DNA of 64,000 bases, taken from Felis catus. Its lineage: Eukaryota. Made by a program: the position numbers and the translations under genes. Numbering within the stretch: the first letter of the stretch is position 1; every line of letters starts with the position of its first letter. Below are positions 13,493 through 25,067 of the stretch, piece after piece. The stretch covers positions 35,342,001 through 35,406,000 of the forward strand of contig NC_058368.1 in NCBI RefSeq assembly GCF_018350175.1. Reading direction: 5' to 3'. The notes under the pieces were generated by a model, which saw only the letters and a list, made by a program, of their open reading frames with translations, did not search any database and was not told the DNA's origin.

Positions 13493-13838
13493 CAGTTGAC
13501 CCTTGAACAATGTAGGGGTTAGGGACAAAGACCCCCCCCCCCACTACAAACAATCAAAAATCTGCATATAACTTTTCACTCCCCAAAACTTAACTATTAA
13601 TAGCATACTATTGACTGGAAGCCTTACCAATAATACAAACAGTTGATTACCACATATCTTGTACGTTATATGTATTATATACTATATTCTTACAATAAAG
13701 TGAGCTGGAGAAAAGAAAATGTTGCTAAGAAAATCATAAGGAAGAGAAAATATGTTTACAGTATTGTGCTTATGGGGGAAAAATATGTGTATAAGTAGGC
13801 CTGTGCAGTTCAAATCCATGTTGTTTAAGGGTCAACTG
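13493..13838. mobile_element. Tigger2a-type TcMar non-autonomous DNA transposon
   Basis: TIRs CAGTTGACCCTTGAACAA / TTGTTTAAGGGTCAACTG followed by TA; typical internal sequence. Confidence 0.92.
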
Positions 13839-13869
13839 TATTTCCCTAGGAAAAACTGTATTTCCCTAG

Positions 13870-14667
13870 GAGTTGATTGGAGATTGCTATTAACTTTGTC
13901 TCTGTGATTTTCTTTGATAAAGTGTGAATGGAAGTTACAAATGTCACTTCCAAATACAAGCTACAAAAACCTTCACATAGTTCCACCATCTTCTCTTTTC
14001 TGACTGCCAGCAGAGAATGAAGTAATAAAGTTTCCATATTCCTTTTAAAAAAATATGTTCTGAAACCATGGAAACAAGTGAACACCAGAATTCTTTAAAT
14101 CTATCTGATCATTCAGTGACAGTTCCACAGCCATAAAAATAATCACAACTGCTTAGGAACCCCCAGCCAATCAGTGACAGTGTTTTGCTTCTAAAAATCA
14201 TCCAGTAGGGATTGGACTTTTGAAAGAAACATTCCCTGAATGTCAATTAGTCAACAGCCTCACTGTAGTATCCATGCTTCTACAGCTGATGTCAGCACAT
14301 TCCCATCTCGAAAGTCAGTCAACCCCTAAATTCCATCCTTCCCAAAAGCTCTAAATCAGTTCCCTGCTTTGCTTGAAGAGCACATGCCTAATCCACACAG
14401 TTTTCCACACTTAAATAAGCAACAAATACAATGTTAAGGTTTTTGTTTCAGATACGGGGAGATTGTCTTGTCCTTTGACACATGAAATTTATTAAAATGA
14501 CCAGACAGGGGCTACTCTGCTAGTATGTATCCTTTGATGAAGAGAATATGGAGCAGAGCCACAGTTGATCCATCATCAACATATAATGTGAGAACTGCTA
14601 TTATGTAAACTGAGGTTTTCAGGTAGTTTGTAAACACCAAGTACGTCAGACTAAGCTGAATTATACA
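13870..14667 (+). mobile_element. Old MLT1 LTR split by a nested ERV-like LTR (~14060-14480)
   Basis: MLT1-like flanks (GGAAGTTACAAATGTCACTTCC; GGAGCAGAGCCACAG...AGCTGAATTATACA). The inner segment has CCAATCAG and ends CCTTTGACA. Confidence 0.55.
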
Positions 14668-15025
14668 ATTTATAAACATAAATTATGGCTATAGGAAATT
14701 ACACAAAGAAAGCAAGTAGTTATAATTTAATTGCCCATCCCCCATAAAAGATGAGTCATCCTCTTATGGAATCAGATTTCTCTTCCCTCATTTAATATAG
14801 TCATAGTTTTTACATTCCCATGAAATATTTATTTTAAAAGTTTCATATATTTCATTAGAAAATCATTTTTCTATTAAATATATGATTTTACAAGATTTCT
14901 CCTGTGCAAAAAGACTTCACCAAAATAATAACATGAGCAAAAAATATAAAGCAATATAAAAATATGGCAACAAAACAAATAATGTACTTCATCATATTTT
15001 ATCCAGCCATAGATTTTCAGTTCTT

Positions 15026-15245
15026 TTTAAAAAAAATTTTTTTTAATGTTTATTTTTGAGAGAGAGACAGAGACAGAGAACAAGTGGGGGAGGGGCAGAG
15101 AGAGAGGGAGACACAGAATCTGAAGCAGGCTCCAGGATCTGAGCTGTCAGCACAGAGCTCAACGCAGAGCTCAAACCCACAAACTGTGAGGTCATGACCT
15201 ACCTGAAGTTGGACACTTAACCCACTGAGACACCCAGGTGTCCCA
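15026..15245 (-). mobile_element. CAN-SINE (SINEC_Fc)
   Basis: Reverse SINE; TSD ATTTTCAGTTCTT / ATTTTCAATTCTT. Confidence 0.95.
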
Positions 15246-15401
15246 ATTTTCAATTCTTAAGCAATTTCTTGCATAGGACTCTGTATTCAGTTTTAAAAAG
15301 AAAACAAATGAGGAAATGACACTTGTCTTTAAAACATATTAAGCTTTACTAGAATGTATCTATTACAAAGGATAGATCTCATTTGGTATATGATTATTCT
15401 A

Positions 15402-15601
15402 TTTTTTAATGTTCATTTATTTTGAGAGAGAGCACTAGCAGGGAAGGGGCAGAGACAGAGGGGGTAAGAGAGAATCCCAAGTAGGTTCTACGCTGTCAGT
15501 GCAGAGTCTAATGCGGAGCTTGAACTCATGAACTGTGAGATTATGACCTGAGCTGAAATCAAGAGTTGGACACTTAACCAACTGAACCACCCAGGCACCC
15601 C
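15402..15601 (-). mobile_element. CAN-SINE
   Basis: Reverse SINE ending CCCAGGCACCCC; degenerate TSD TATATGATTATT / TATGTGATTATT. Confidence 0.93.
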
Positions 15602-18444
15602 AATATGTGATTATTTTCAAATTTTATTATTTGGTTGCATTTAATGGAATTAATTCTGAAGGACAGTTAGAAGAATTCAGTCATCATGGGAACCCATTGA
15701 GTCATTTAATAAATATATGAGAACATACTACATGTTAAGTAAGGCATAAATGCCATTAACGTCCAATGTAAATAAGACACAGAACTTATCCTCAGATCTA
15801 AAGGTAGAAAATGTATAATGTGTAATCAAAATTAAAACGTAAGACTGATAAATAGCATCAGAGAAATACAGGTAAAAATGATATGCAAGATCTGAAAAAT
15901 GAGAAATCACAACTGAGGAAAATCAGAGAAGGGTCATAGGTCATGAAGCAGGTGTACTTAAACTGGTCCAGGTGGGAAATACACTCATGAGCCTGGCTCT
16001 AATCCACATAAATGAGGCAGAATCGCTCATCTGTTCAATGCTGCCTTGATCTAGCAAGGCAGATAGAGAGCTCTTCTCCCCTCCATATGACTCATTATTT
16101 TCCTCATGTGTATCATCAGTACCCTCTGAGATTTGGCAGAAGGGAAAGAGAGGGTTATGTTTTACTCAAGTTTTCCCCACTCACTTAGGTGGCATAATTT
16201 AACTGAACTACTTCTTCTAACAAATCTGAAGTGGAGATTTCAAAGCATACAGGTCATTGGAAATTAATTCAAGGTCTATACATTTCTCTGAACTGTTGGT
16301 TTATGAAGGCCCCAAATGTCAATACCTTGAGTTAGAATCTTTTTCAAAGTAGACTACCTTTCTATATTTTATTTCTTCTAAATAGTCCAGAGCTTTAATC
16401 CAAAGCACTGAACCCCAGTCAGGGATTAATAGTGGTGAAAATTGTTAGTTAACTAGATTTGATGCAGCAGCCGACTGATAAGGCTTGATTACAGGCCTCA
16501 TAATTCACTGGGAAAAATTCATTAGTCAACATTTTCTGTGACACTCCCTTCCTAGTAATAGTCAAAGCGCACTTCTACAGCCCTTTCCTACAATTGCTTT
16601 TCTCACTTGAAAAATTCCAGGACGAACAGATTAAAAGAAAAGCAAATCCTTCACCCCATATTTCACCTACAAAAGTGGGCAGCAACATGATTTGGGGAAA
16701 TTTCCTGAAGTCGTGATGAAATTTATAGCAGAACAAAAGCCACCTGGGCCTATTATTTATTTTGCAAAGCAAAGTAAGACCTTTTTAAAAAAAAAACTCA
16801 TATTCAATTTTATTAAGCAATATTAAAAAGCAATAGAGCTTCCAGGACACACAGGAATATAGTGCACATATCATTTATATGCAGTTGCGCATAAATCATT
16901 CCTTTTTTTTCAGATGAATAGAATCAGAACTTCATGGCACTTTCTGAAAATACCCACTTAACTCTTAAGAATAACCCTATAAAAGAAGGCTTATCAAATT
17001 CCCCAGAATAAAAATCAGGCCTAAATATGAAGACTTTGCCATTATGCAGACATTCTTCAACCCTTTGACTTAATGGAGTTAATATCGTTGCCATCATTAT
17101 TACTTAAAATAAACGGAATAATGACCACTTCCTGAGAAAAACAGTAAATTAACGGACAGAGTCCATGAACATAAATAAAGCTAAAGTCTCAGTGTTAAAA
17201 AAAAAAAAAAAGTTAAATTCTCCAGCTAAAAAACTCATTGTAATCACCAACCACTTTCTGAAAAGATACAAAAGCAGCCTCTCAGCTCCCCATATCGACT
17301 TTATTAATGGGCCAAACTACAGGAAAAATACTGGGCAATGATTCAAAAGACCTTGGCCCCAGACTCAGATGCACTAAATGCACCAGTTTACTAGTTGATA
17401 TGTTGTCAGTTTCTACTCCTCAGTTTCTTCACCTGAAAATGGGAATCAAATCTCATCCTCGAGTCGTTCAGGCATCAAATTCAAGAATATATGCAGAAGC
17501 ACTCTCTATAAATTCTAAAATGTAAGGAGCCCTTATTATCACACTTTTAGAAACTCCATATGACCTTGAGTTCTTGGATACCAGCTGATCCATGAATATT
17601 TACTTCTAGACCATCTTGGCATTGACTTTCTGGTACTGCTGGATATGTCCTCACCCTCTCTTTTTCTCAATCTCCCCTTCTGTAAAACTGAGTTGATCTC
17701 CACCAGTCACAAATACCTGTGAAGCGCATAAATGTTTCAAAAGTTCTCTGAGAGGCTCAGAGCAAAAAGCAGACTTCAAATTCAAAGTTCCAGTAAGACT
17801 GTCATGACACTAAAGTATTACCACATCTCTCTGGAATTTGTAGGGCTTTTTCTATCCTTAGACACAAGCAGAATAAATTGGGTGAGGGTTTGGGTCTTTG
17901 CACGCCATTCCAGACAGCCATCTAGGCACACAGACTGGGGCCAAAGCTGGTTTCAGAGCCTTAGAATTCCATTAGGAGACTTGGATGAGGATATTTTTCC
18001 TAAATCATAATGAATAAATTATCTCAGGCTTCCCAACTGTTTTGAAACTAGACATATGACACTTAAACTTGGGGTAAGCAATTACTGAAAAACCGACAAT
18101 CTGTGCCAACAAAAAAAGTTCAGAATATTCCCTTCTTCAGCCAGATACATTTAACTGTGTGGGAAGAAGAGGAACTAATCTATGTTTCAATTAGTTCCTG
18201 GTGACTCCAGCAAGCTTCGATGGATTAATCAAATTCTGGCTTTTGGGGGGAAGGATTTACTTAAAATCAAATTGATCTGTTGTTCTCATATTATCACTGG
18301 TAAATCTATATTTACTCTGCTTTAGGGCTTCTGAAGAGTAATAAATTGTCACCACTCCTGCAGTCTGCCTGAGTCTCAAGTCACACTTGAAATGAGTTTA
18401 ATATTTAGAGCCCCTTTCAAAAGTACTGTTGCTTGCAGACGCTC

Positions 18445-18597
18445 AGTCGTAAACTTTCCAACAACAACAACAAAAAACGCCATGGTAGAGGCAAGATTTC
18501 ATGAAGGCAGTCAGATTATAAATCTTTTTGACTTTTGGGAATAAGACAGACAGTTTCACGGAACAAAAGCAAAATTCAAATGCAAAAAAGGTGCCTG
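18445..18597 (+). other. Candidate first or 5' exon of an unidentified plus-strand transcript
   Basis: Inr-like TCAGTC at 18443; Kozak GCCATGG at 18482 opening a 20-aa ORF; second ATG at 18580 (MQKRCL) running into a strong donor CTG|GTGAGT; repeat-free context. Confidence 0.35.
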
Positions 18598-18604
18598 GTG
18601 AGTG

Positions 18605-18648
18605 TGGTGGTGGTGGTGGTGGTGGTGGTGGTGGTGTGTGTGTGTGTG
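18605..18648. repeat. Compound microsatellite (TGG)10(TG)7
   Basis: Direct reading. Confidence 0.95.
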
Positions 18649-19950
18649 TACGTATATGTGTGTGGTGATGGGGTGGGGAGGGTACCCGGTTGCTTTCTGA
18701 AATAATATTTCCATCTGCTCTCATTCTTACTCAATGGAGCATTCTTCCCAGTCTCTGCCTTTCCTTCCCTTTGATGGACACTGACAACAGCCTCCCCTAC
18801 TCAGAATACACTCTGCAGGGGTTGCTTGGAAAGCATGCACATCATTCAGTCTCCTTATCATCTCCAGAGACTGTTTGTTTTTTTGTTCCTCATGGGACAA
18901 AGTCTGTGATAAAACCTCAAGGCTCTGATGTTTAAATACAGATTTCTGCGCTGAAAAAACATCAGTGTGGCTCTTCCTGCCAAGAGAGCTGGACTGCTAA
19001 TTTGACACATCAAATGAGCCTTTTGGACGGTGAGGGGTTAACCCAGCCCACCAGCCAAGCCAGGGGAGAGGAGCTGACTCCCAGATGCCACTGCTAGCCA
19101 AATTAATCCTGGAGCTTAGCATCTGGATGTTTCACCTGCCAGGCGGGCCCCAGTAGGTCTTTTTCATCACCGGGCCAGATTAAAAGAGAACGATGAGCAG
19201 AAGCCGTTCCGCACCACCAGTGACAAAGAGGAAAAAGGAAAAGACGTCTTCCACTGAGAAGGAGACTCTGCCTGCCTCCAGGTACTAATGTCCTGCAAAA
19301 AGTGTATGGGAGCGTTGTGCTGTGTCCAGACGCCACCCGAGCTGTCTGACTACTGGAGAAAGGCTCAGGAACATCAGAAGCCACAGGGTAGGGCAGCCTG
19401 AACAAGCGCAAGCTACCTTCAGGGTGCCACCTGTCAAGTTTTCACCTGAGCAGACAGGATTTTTAAGTCTGTTCTTTGGTTTCAGGTTTCTGGTAATGTT
19501 TGTCAGCCACTTCCACCCCCAACCTTTGTTCCCTGCCTTGTTTGTTTTGCACTTAACAAGAAAGCAAACTTTCCCAAATCCATGTTGTCCTCCTGATCTT
19601 CTTATCCTAAGAAATTTCTTAAACTCCCAACTTCCTCTGTCTTCATAGGTGTTTTTTATATTTAAAAAATCTAGTATTTTTAACATGTTGTTTTAAACAT
19701 TATAAGTACAATTACAGTATTGAGGAATCAGCCAGTGCTGGAAAAACGGTGTGTTGCACCCATCTAGACAAACTTGATGGGAGAGCAGAGGGCTAAAAAA
19801 GCAGGAAGGAGGGCCAGTAGGACAGACCTGATTTGCAGGGCAAGAACCTCAAAGAAATAATGAGGTCCCACGAGAGGTGGAAGCTCTGATGTAGGGAATT
19901 GAATCCTTTTCCGAAGCTTTCATAAGATGTATTTTTCTTTCTACTGCCAG

Positions 19951-20049
19951 ATAAAGGTCCGTGTGGGGTAGAGGGGGAGAAAGAAGGTAGAGTGGAAGCA
20001 TTTGATGAAAAATGGAGAGGAATGGTTCAGGGCTTTGCTTAGGTTTCAG
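19951..20049 (+). other. Candidate internal exon
   Basis: Acceptor TTTTTCTTTCTACTGCCAG| and donor CAG|GTAAGG; 99 nt. Confidence 0.3.
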
Positions 20050-20929
20050 GTAAGGTTTGCTTCAAAAATACCATGAGCAATTTAAACAGTAAAAGTGTCT
20101 GACAATTAAAGAATAAGCCAGGATACAAACATGCAATTCCAGGAGTCATTATTGGGGATGATATTTTTTCCATTTAGCTGACACAGCTAAAAGTGGGTGA
20201 CAAAGTAGGATTTTATAAATTAGATCTCTGAATCTGAAGCCATATTTTCTAAGTTTATGAGTTAATATTTTTAAGAATGGAGTCTCGAAACTGTAACGTA
20301 AATTTCTTGAATTTGTGTGCGTCCTCTGAAAAAGACTCGCTGGCAAGCCAAATCTCAACGTTTAGGTTCACATTCTCCTAGCAATATACAACAATTATTT
20401 CTAAACATGAATGTCAAAATGCTTATGGCTGGTTGAATCTAAGCATGGTTAGCTGGCTCTTTCATACAGGTCACTTAAAAAAAAAAAAAACTATTCTATG
20501 AGGATATGACACCTTCCTCACATTCTTCCCTCCTGCTCATTACTGTATGGGATTCTCTCATCATTCTGGAAACTATATATCCCAGTTTTCTTAGGACAGT
20601 TATTCTTCTTATCCTAGTGAAATTATTTACAGCACCAACATTTTATTCTCATAAATGTCCTGGTCTAGATGATAAATTATATAGTCTTCCTACTTAGAAA
20701 GGACTGCAACATGCTGGTATACATAGATTGAAGCCAGACGGTCAGGCCCCCCGGGGCTAGCGAGCACAGCCAGCCTAGGGCGAGGCATGGACCCAGCATA
20801 GGGCCCATGAGAGAGAGCCCACATGGAGTGCAACCGGAACTATCAAGCCAGTGCCCCAGGTCTCCTACTGTATCCCTGCACATTCATAAAGTCTGGTAAA
20901 ATGTTCAGAGTGCCCTCAACTAAGCTTAC

Positions 20930-21004
20930 ACAGAATGAAATGAATGCTCAGTGCCCACTTTGGGGCCTGAACGAAAAGAGGAGAAGAACACCCCAGAGTG
21001 AGAG
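20930..21004 (-). other. Candidate minus-strand exon
   Basis: Minus-strand acceptor TTTCTGTTTTCTCAG| and donor TGT|GTAAGC; 75 nt. Confidence 0.25.
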
Positions 21005-23104
21005 CTGAGAAAACAGAAACCAGTGGGAAATCGCCAGGGAGGAAGGGATCGAGAGTCGGACTAGAACATCCCGCAGGTCTTCCACTATGAACATGCTTCC
21101 CTGGTTTATTAAAGAAACCAGTAAGTTTTCTCTTTTTGCACCAAAAAGGAAACCACATGCTCAAGAACGAAAGAACGTTTGGGCATTTTATAAAAGATAC
21201 TTTTCTCCCTCATTATATTCAAGAATGCCTATATTTTTAAGCTGCAGTAAAGGAATGAAGTGAAAATTTACAGTAAAAGAAACTTGCCATTTAACAGTAA
21301 TAAGACAAGCAATACGTGTAATAAGTATAAAATAGTATAATAAGCAGAGACTACTTCAAATAATGATGCTCACAGTAAAAGATAAGAAATAAACAATAAT
21401 TTTAGGGCACTAACATTACTTAAATACATACAGTTGTGAAAACTTATTTTAAATATTTCTTTCTGGATTTTATAGAACTTATCTGAAAATCAAGGGAAAA
21501 TAAGTTCATTCCAGTCATTTAAAAGCAGACTGACAAGCCACGAATGCACTAAGTGAACAAATATGTATAATATATCATGCACAACGCACTATTCTTTAAA
21601 TGGTTATCAAACAAATAACAGGGATGTTTAGACCACATAGAAAATATAAAACATTCACATGTTCACAGACAACTAACATTGCAATGATAGGACAAAGTTT
21701 TTTCATACCCTTCATTTTATTTGATCTTCCAGACAGAATACTTCACAGGTGAACAAAACTACATTCAGAGAGCTTGCATCATTTAAGATCAAACAGTTAA
21801 GTAAGTAACAAAGATGAGATTCAAATCCATAGTTCCTAACCAAAGTTTCTTTGGCAATAGTTCTATTTCTTACAGGATCAGCTGCATATAGGAAAGTATA
21901 TGATACAAAATTTCAATATGGCAGGAGCAGAAGAATAAATAAGGATTCTCCTCAGGGGCCACGTTAATTTAGACAAAGTTCTTGAGTTTCTATTCCCTTC
22001 TTTGTGAAATAAATAGTCATACTTCATGACAGCTTCCTCATAGTATCCCACAATGAAGTACTCCTAAAAACTCAAAAAGTGATACAAAGTTTTATTCCCA
22101 TTAGAAACTAGAAATAATTAATCACCCAATTGTAATTGTAACTAATTGTAACTAAACAAGGAATCTTTCTAAAGAAAAATGGTAGGTTGGGGGCAGGAGA
22201 TATAAGGGAGATGCCTATACTGCTATGGCTATAAGAGTAAAATATTGCAACATCTCTCAGCTGTTTGAATAACTGCCACTTGTTTTAGTTCCTTGAGTCA
22301 CACACTTGGGATCTCCCAAATCTCCCCATGAGTCAGAAACTAAAGGATTAATACTGGCAGGCTTCAGCGCTAAGGCTAGTACCAACCAAGCTTACTAGCA
22401 TTTGACCTCTGTCCGGGTCTTGGAGACATTCCTAAGGAATAAAGGGAAGACTCCACCATCTATGTACTTGCAGCTTGCTTTATGATGTAGCCAGAGTCAT
22501 GTTGCCAACATCCCCCTATGTTCCTGCGATCAACACCCATATGAAAATAGTACTTTTTTCTGCCCACTGCAAGATAATTCCAAGAAATATAAAAACTGTG
22601 GCTGGGATGAAAGGTTTATCAAAATGTGATGCTTTACCTCCACTGATATTAATGCATCTGTAGAGAAGGTCTAACCTTGGGAGATCTGGGAGCAGTGAGC
22701 AGGCTGTTGATTACTTATTTACTGTCTTTGTGAAAGGAAGAATTAAAGAGCGCTTCAATTACTCAGGAATTTACTCCCCAACTCTGCAATGGAATGCAGC
22801 TGGACCAGGAATAGAGCCCTTCAACGCCAGCTGAATCTTATTATAGAAAGGGCCTCCAAACACCAGGAATTTGAGATACTCAACACCAACAACACTTATC
22901 TCCAGCTTAAAAATCTGAGACAGCTACAAAAGCTGTCAAATGACCAGTGAGGCTAACCCATGAGAAACCACCAACACTGTTTGCAGGTAAATATCATAGT
23001 AGGATATACTCTGTTCATTCAGGTAAAGAAAAGAGCAAAACCAAACAAAAATAAGCATGGTACTCATAAAAGTAGTCCGCACTTTAACAAGAGAGAGGTC
23101 ATAA

Positions 23105-23325
23105 GGGTACCTGGGTGCTCAGTCGGTTAAGTATCGGACTTGGCTCAGGTCGTGATCTCCTACTTCATAAATTAGAGCCAGCATCCTGCTCTATGCTGAC
23201 AGCTCAGAACCTGGAGCCTGCTTCGTATTCCGTGTCTCCCTCGCTCCTTGCCCCTCCCCCACTTATACGCGTGTGTGCACTCTCTCCAAAATAAACAAAC
23301 ATTAAAAATTAAAAAAGAAAAAACT
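23105..23325 (+). mobile_element. CAN-SINE
   Basis: GGGTACCTGGGTGCTCAGTCGGTTAAG head, A-rich tail. Confidence 0.92.
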
Positions 23326-23694
23326 AAAAGGGAGCGGACATAAGCCATAAAAATGCAAAAGAAAAACATACTTTTGAAAGAATATCTATTATGGGAAATG
23401 GTAAAATATATCTTATATTTTTGCAGGAACCTGATTTTTATTACCAATGACATTGAAGGAAAGAAACATGGACTTTAGGAAATAATCTCATGTTAACATC
23501 TAGATATAAAGGGAACTGACTGGATTGGGGAACTGGATTTTTTTTTAAGACTATAATATAGAATTGTAATAAATTAAATCACTCAATATATCTTTATGAA
23601 GAGCAAGACAATCTCAGGATAAAAAGATGAGCTAGATGTTAGAATACAGCAAATAAAATCAGTCCAATAGGCAACAAAATTAAGCACTTTAAAA

Positions 23695-24152
23695 ATGCCA
23701 AAGGTGCTCCTTGGAAAACTGGCCCATACAGGTATGGCAAGGAGAGACGGAAGAAACAGGCAGGCCACTCCAGACCAGTAGGTAGCGGATGTGACAAGCG
23801 AGGGAACTTACTCACTTTGGAGGCTTGTCTTGGGCAACCGGAAGACGAGGCGACGCCGCACCTGCCAGTCAGATTCCTAAAAGATTATACGGAGACTTTA
23901 ACGGGTTCGTCACGTACACATCCTGATAGTCTCAACGACACCTTGCTCTTTCAAGATTGTCCCTGAAAACACTTCCCATTGTAGGAACCAGGAGCCCTAC
24001 AGCCGCCCGCGCGCGGGCGGATCCGCGAACATTTCAAGAACGAGAACCGGAAGCGGTGAGGGGGCTCTGAGTGCCCGGATTGAGCTCTGATTGCCCGGAT
24101 TCAGCCTCGGCGTCAATTGGCGGTCACGTCCTCTCCGTGACCTCCTCCAACA
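23695..24152 (-). mobile_element. Solo ERV LTR, CpG-rich
   Basis: Starts TGTTGGAGG on the minus strand; TATAAT at 23889-23884; R/U5-like GTAAGTTCCCTCGCTT...CTACCTACTGGTCTGGAGTGGCCTGCCTGTTTCTTCCGTCTCTCC...GGGCCAGTTT, resembling carnivore LTR consensus as I recall it; 3' boundary uncertain. Confidence 0.75.
23780..24152 (-). promoter_or_regulatory. Small CpG-island-like candidate promoter within the LTR
   Basis: About 30 CpGs by hand count; opposed GC boxes (24003-24020); CCGGAAG ETS sites (23838, 24047); GTCACGT (23909, 24123); donors GTGAGT/GTAAGT at 23815/23811. Confidence 0.55.
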
Positions 24153-25067
24153 GAAAGACGAGAAAAGAAAAATTGTGTGATTAAAGATGATTAAAGTAGA
24201 AGACAGGAAATAAAGATTAAGAAATGGATAACTGATTTCCTGGAAAATAAAAAAAAAAAAGAAAAAGAAAAAACCCAAATACGACAATAAATAACAAACG
24301 GTATAAAAGTAAAGCTTTTCTAACACGGTAAAATGTTCTCATGTTTTACCAATAGATGAAAACATTCCTAATGTTTCCTAAGTTTGTGAGGGTACCTAGA
24401 AAACATCTCAAGAATGATCCGAGGTCTTACCTTTCTCGATCACTTTCTGAAGTTGTGAATTTCAAGAAAAAGGGAGCAAATCCTGTATCCCTGAGGCTAG
24501 GGGAGGAACCCACAAGAATAATCTCTTTCAGAAGAAAACCTGTGAAGCTGGCTTCTATAGAACATTAAAAGCCATTAAAAGGAAAGGTAAAAAACAAAAC
24601 AAACACTTAAAAATGTTTTGGAAAAGAAAGAGTTACCACCAAACCCTATGTTCAGCCAAGTTATAATTCAAGTAAAAAAACAAAAAACACACAAGAGAAA
24701 TCATCCCTAGTAATGTAGAGGCTCACAAAGGATATCTTCCAAAGTTCTTCCTGAAACTCTTAACTGTTCAAAAGATCAATCAAAAAGAGACCAAGAAGTG
24801 AATCTGTAGTATAAAAAGATGCACACCAAGCACTGAATTCACTTAAATATAGTAATAATTGTGAAACAAAAATAAAATATGAACAATGATTGGGAAAGAA
24901 TAGCTTATTAATGCTAATATGTAATAATTTAATAATAATATCTATCCAAAAACCCCACATTATATGAAAAAAACAGGTAAATAAAAATGGGTACTTAGTG
25001 CAGCTGAGCAGCAGCAGCTTCTAGTTCATGACATTGATGATCAGCAAAATACATGTTCAAATAGGCT

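Noticed and set aside
19081..19126. CCAGATGC...GCATCTGG hairpin as a pre-miRNA
   Set aside because: Only an 8-bp stem with a poorly paired interior
20694..20895. GC-rich segment as a coding exon (MECNRNYQ... on plus, MGPMLGPCL... on minus)
   Set aside because: Weak splice sites on both strands and no recognisable protein; kept only as part of the 18-21 kb block
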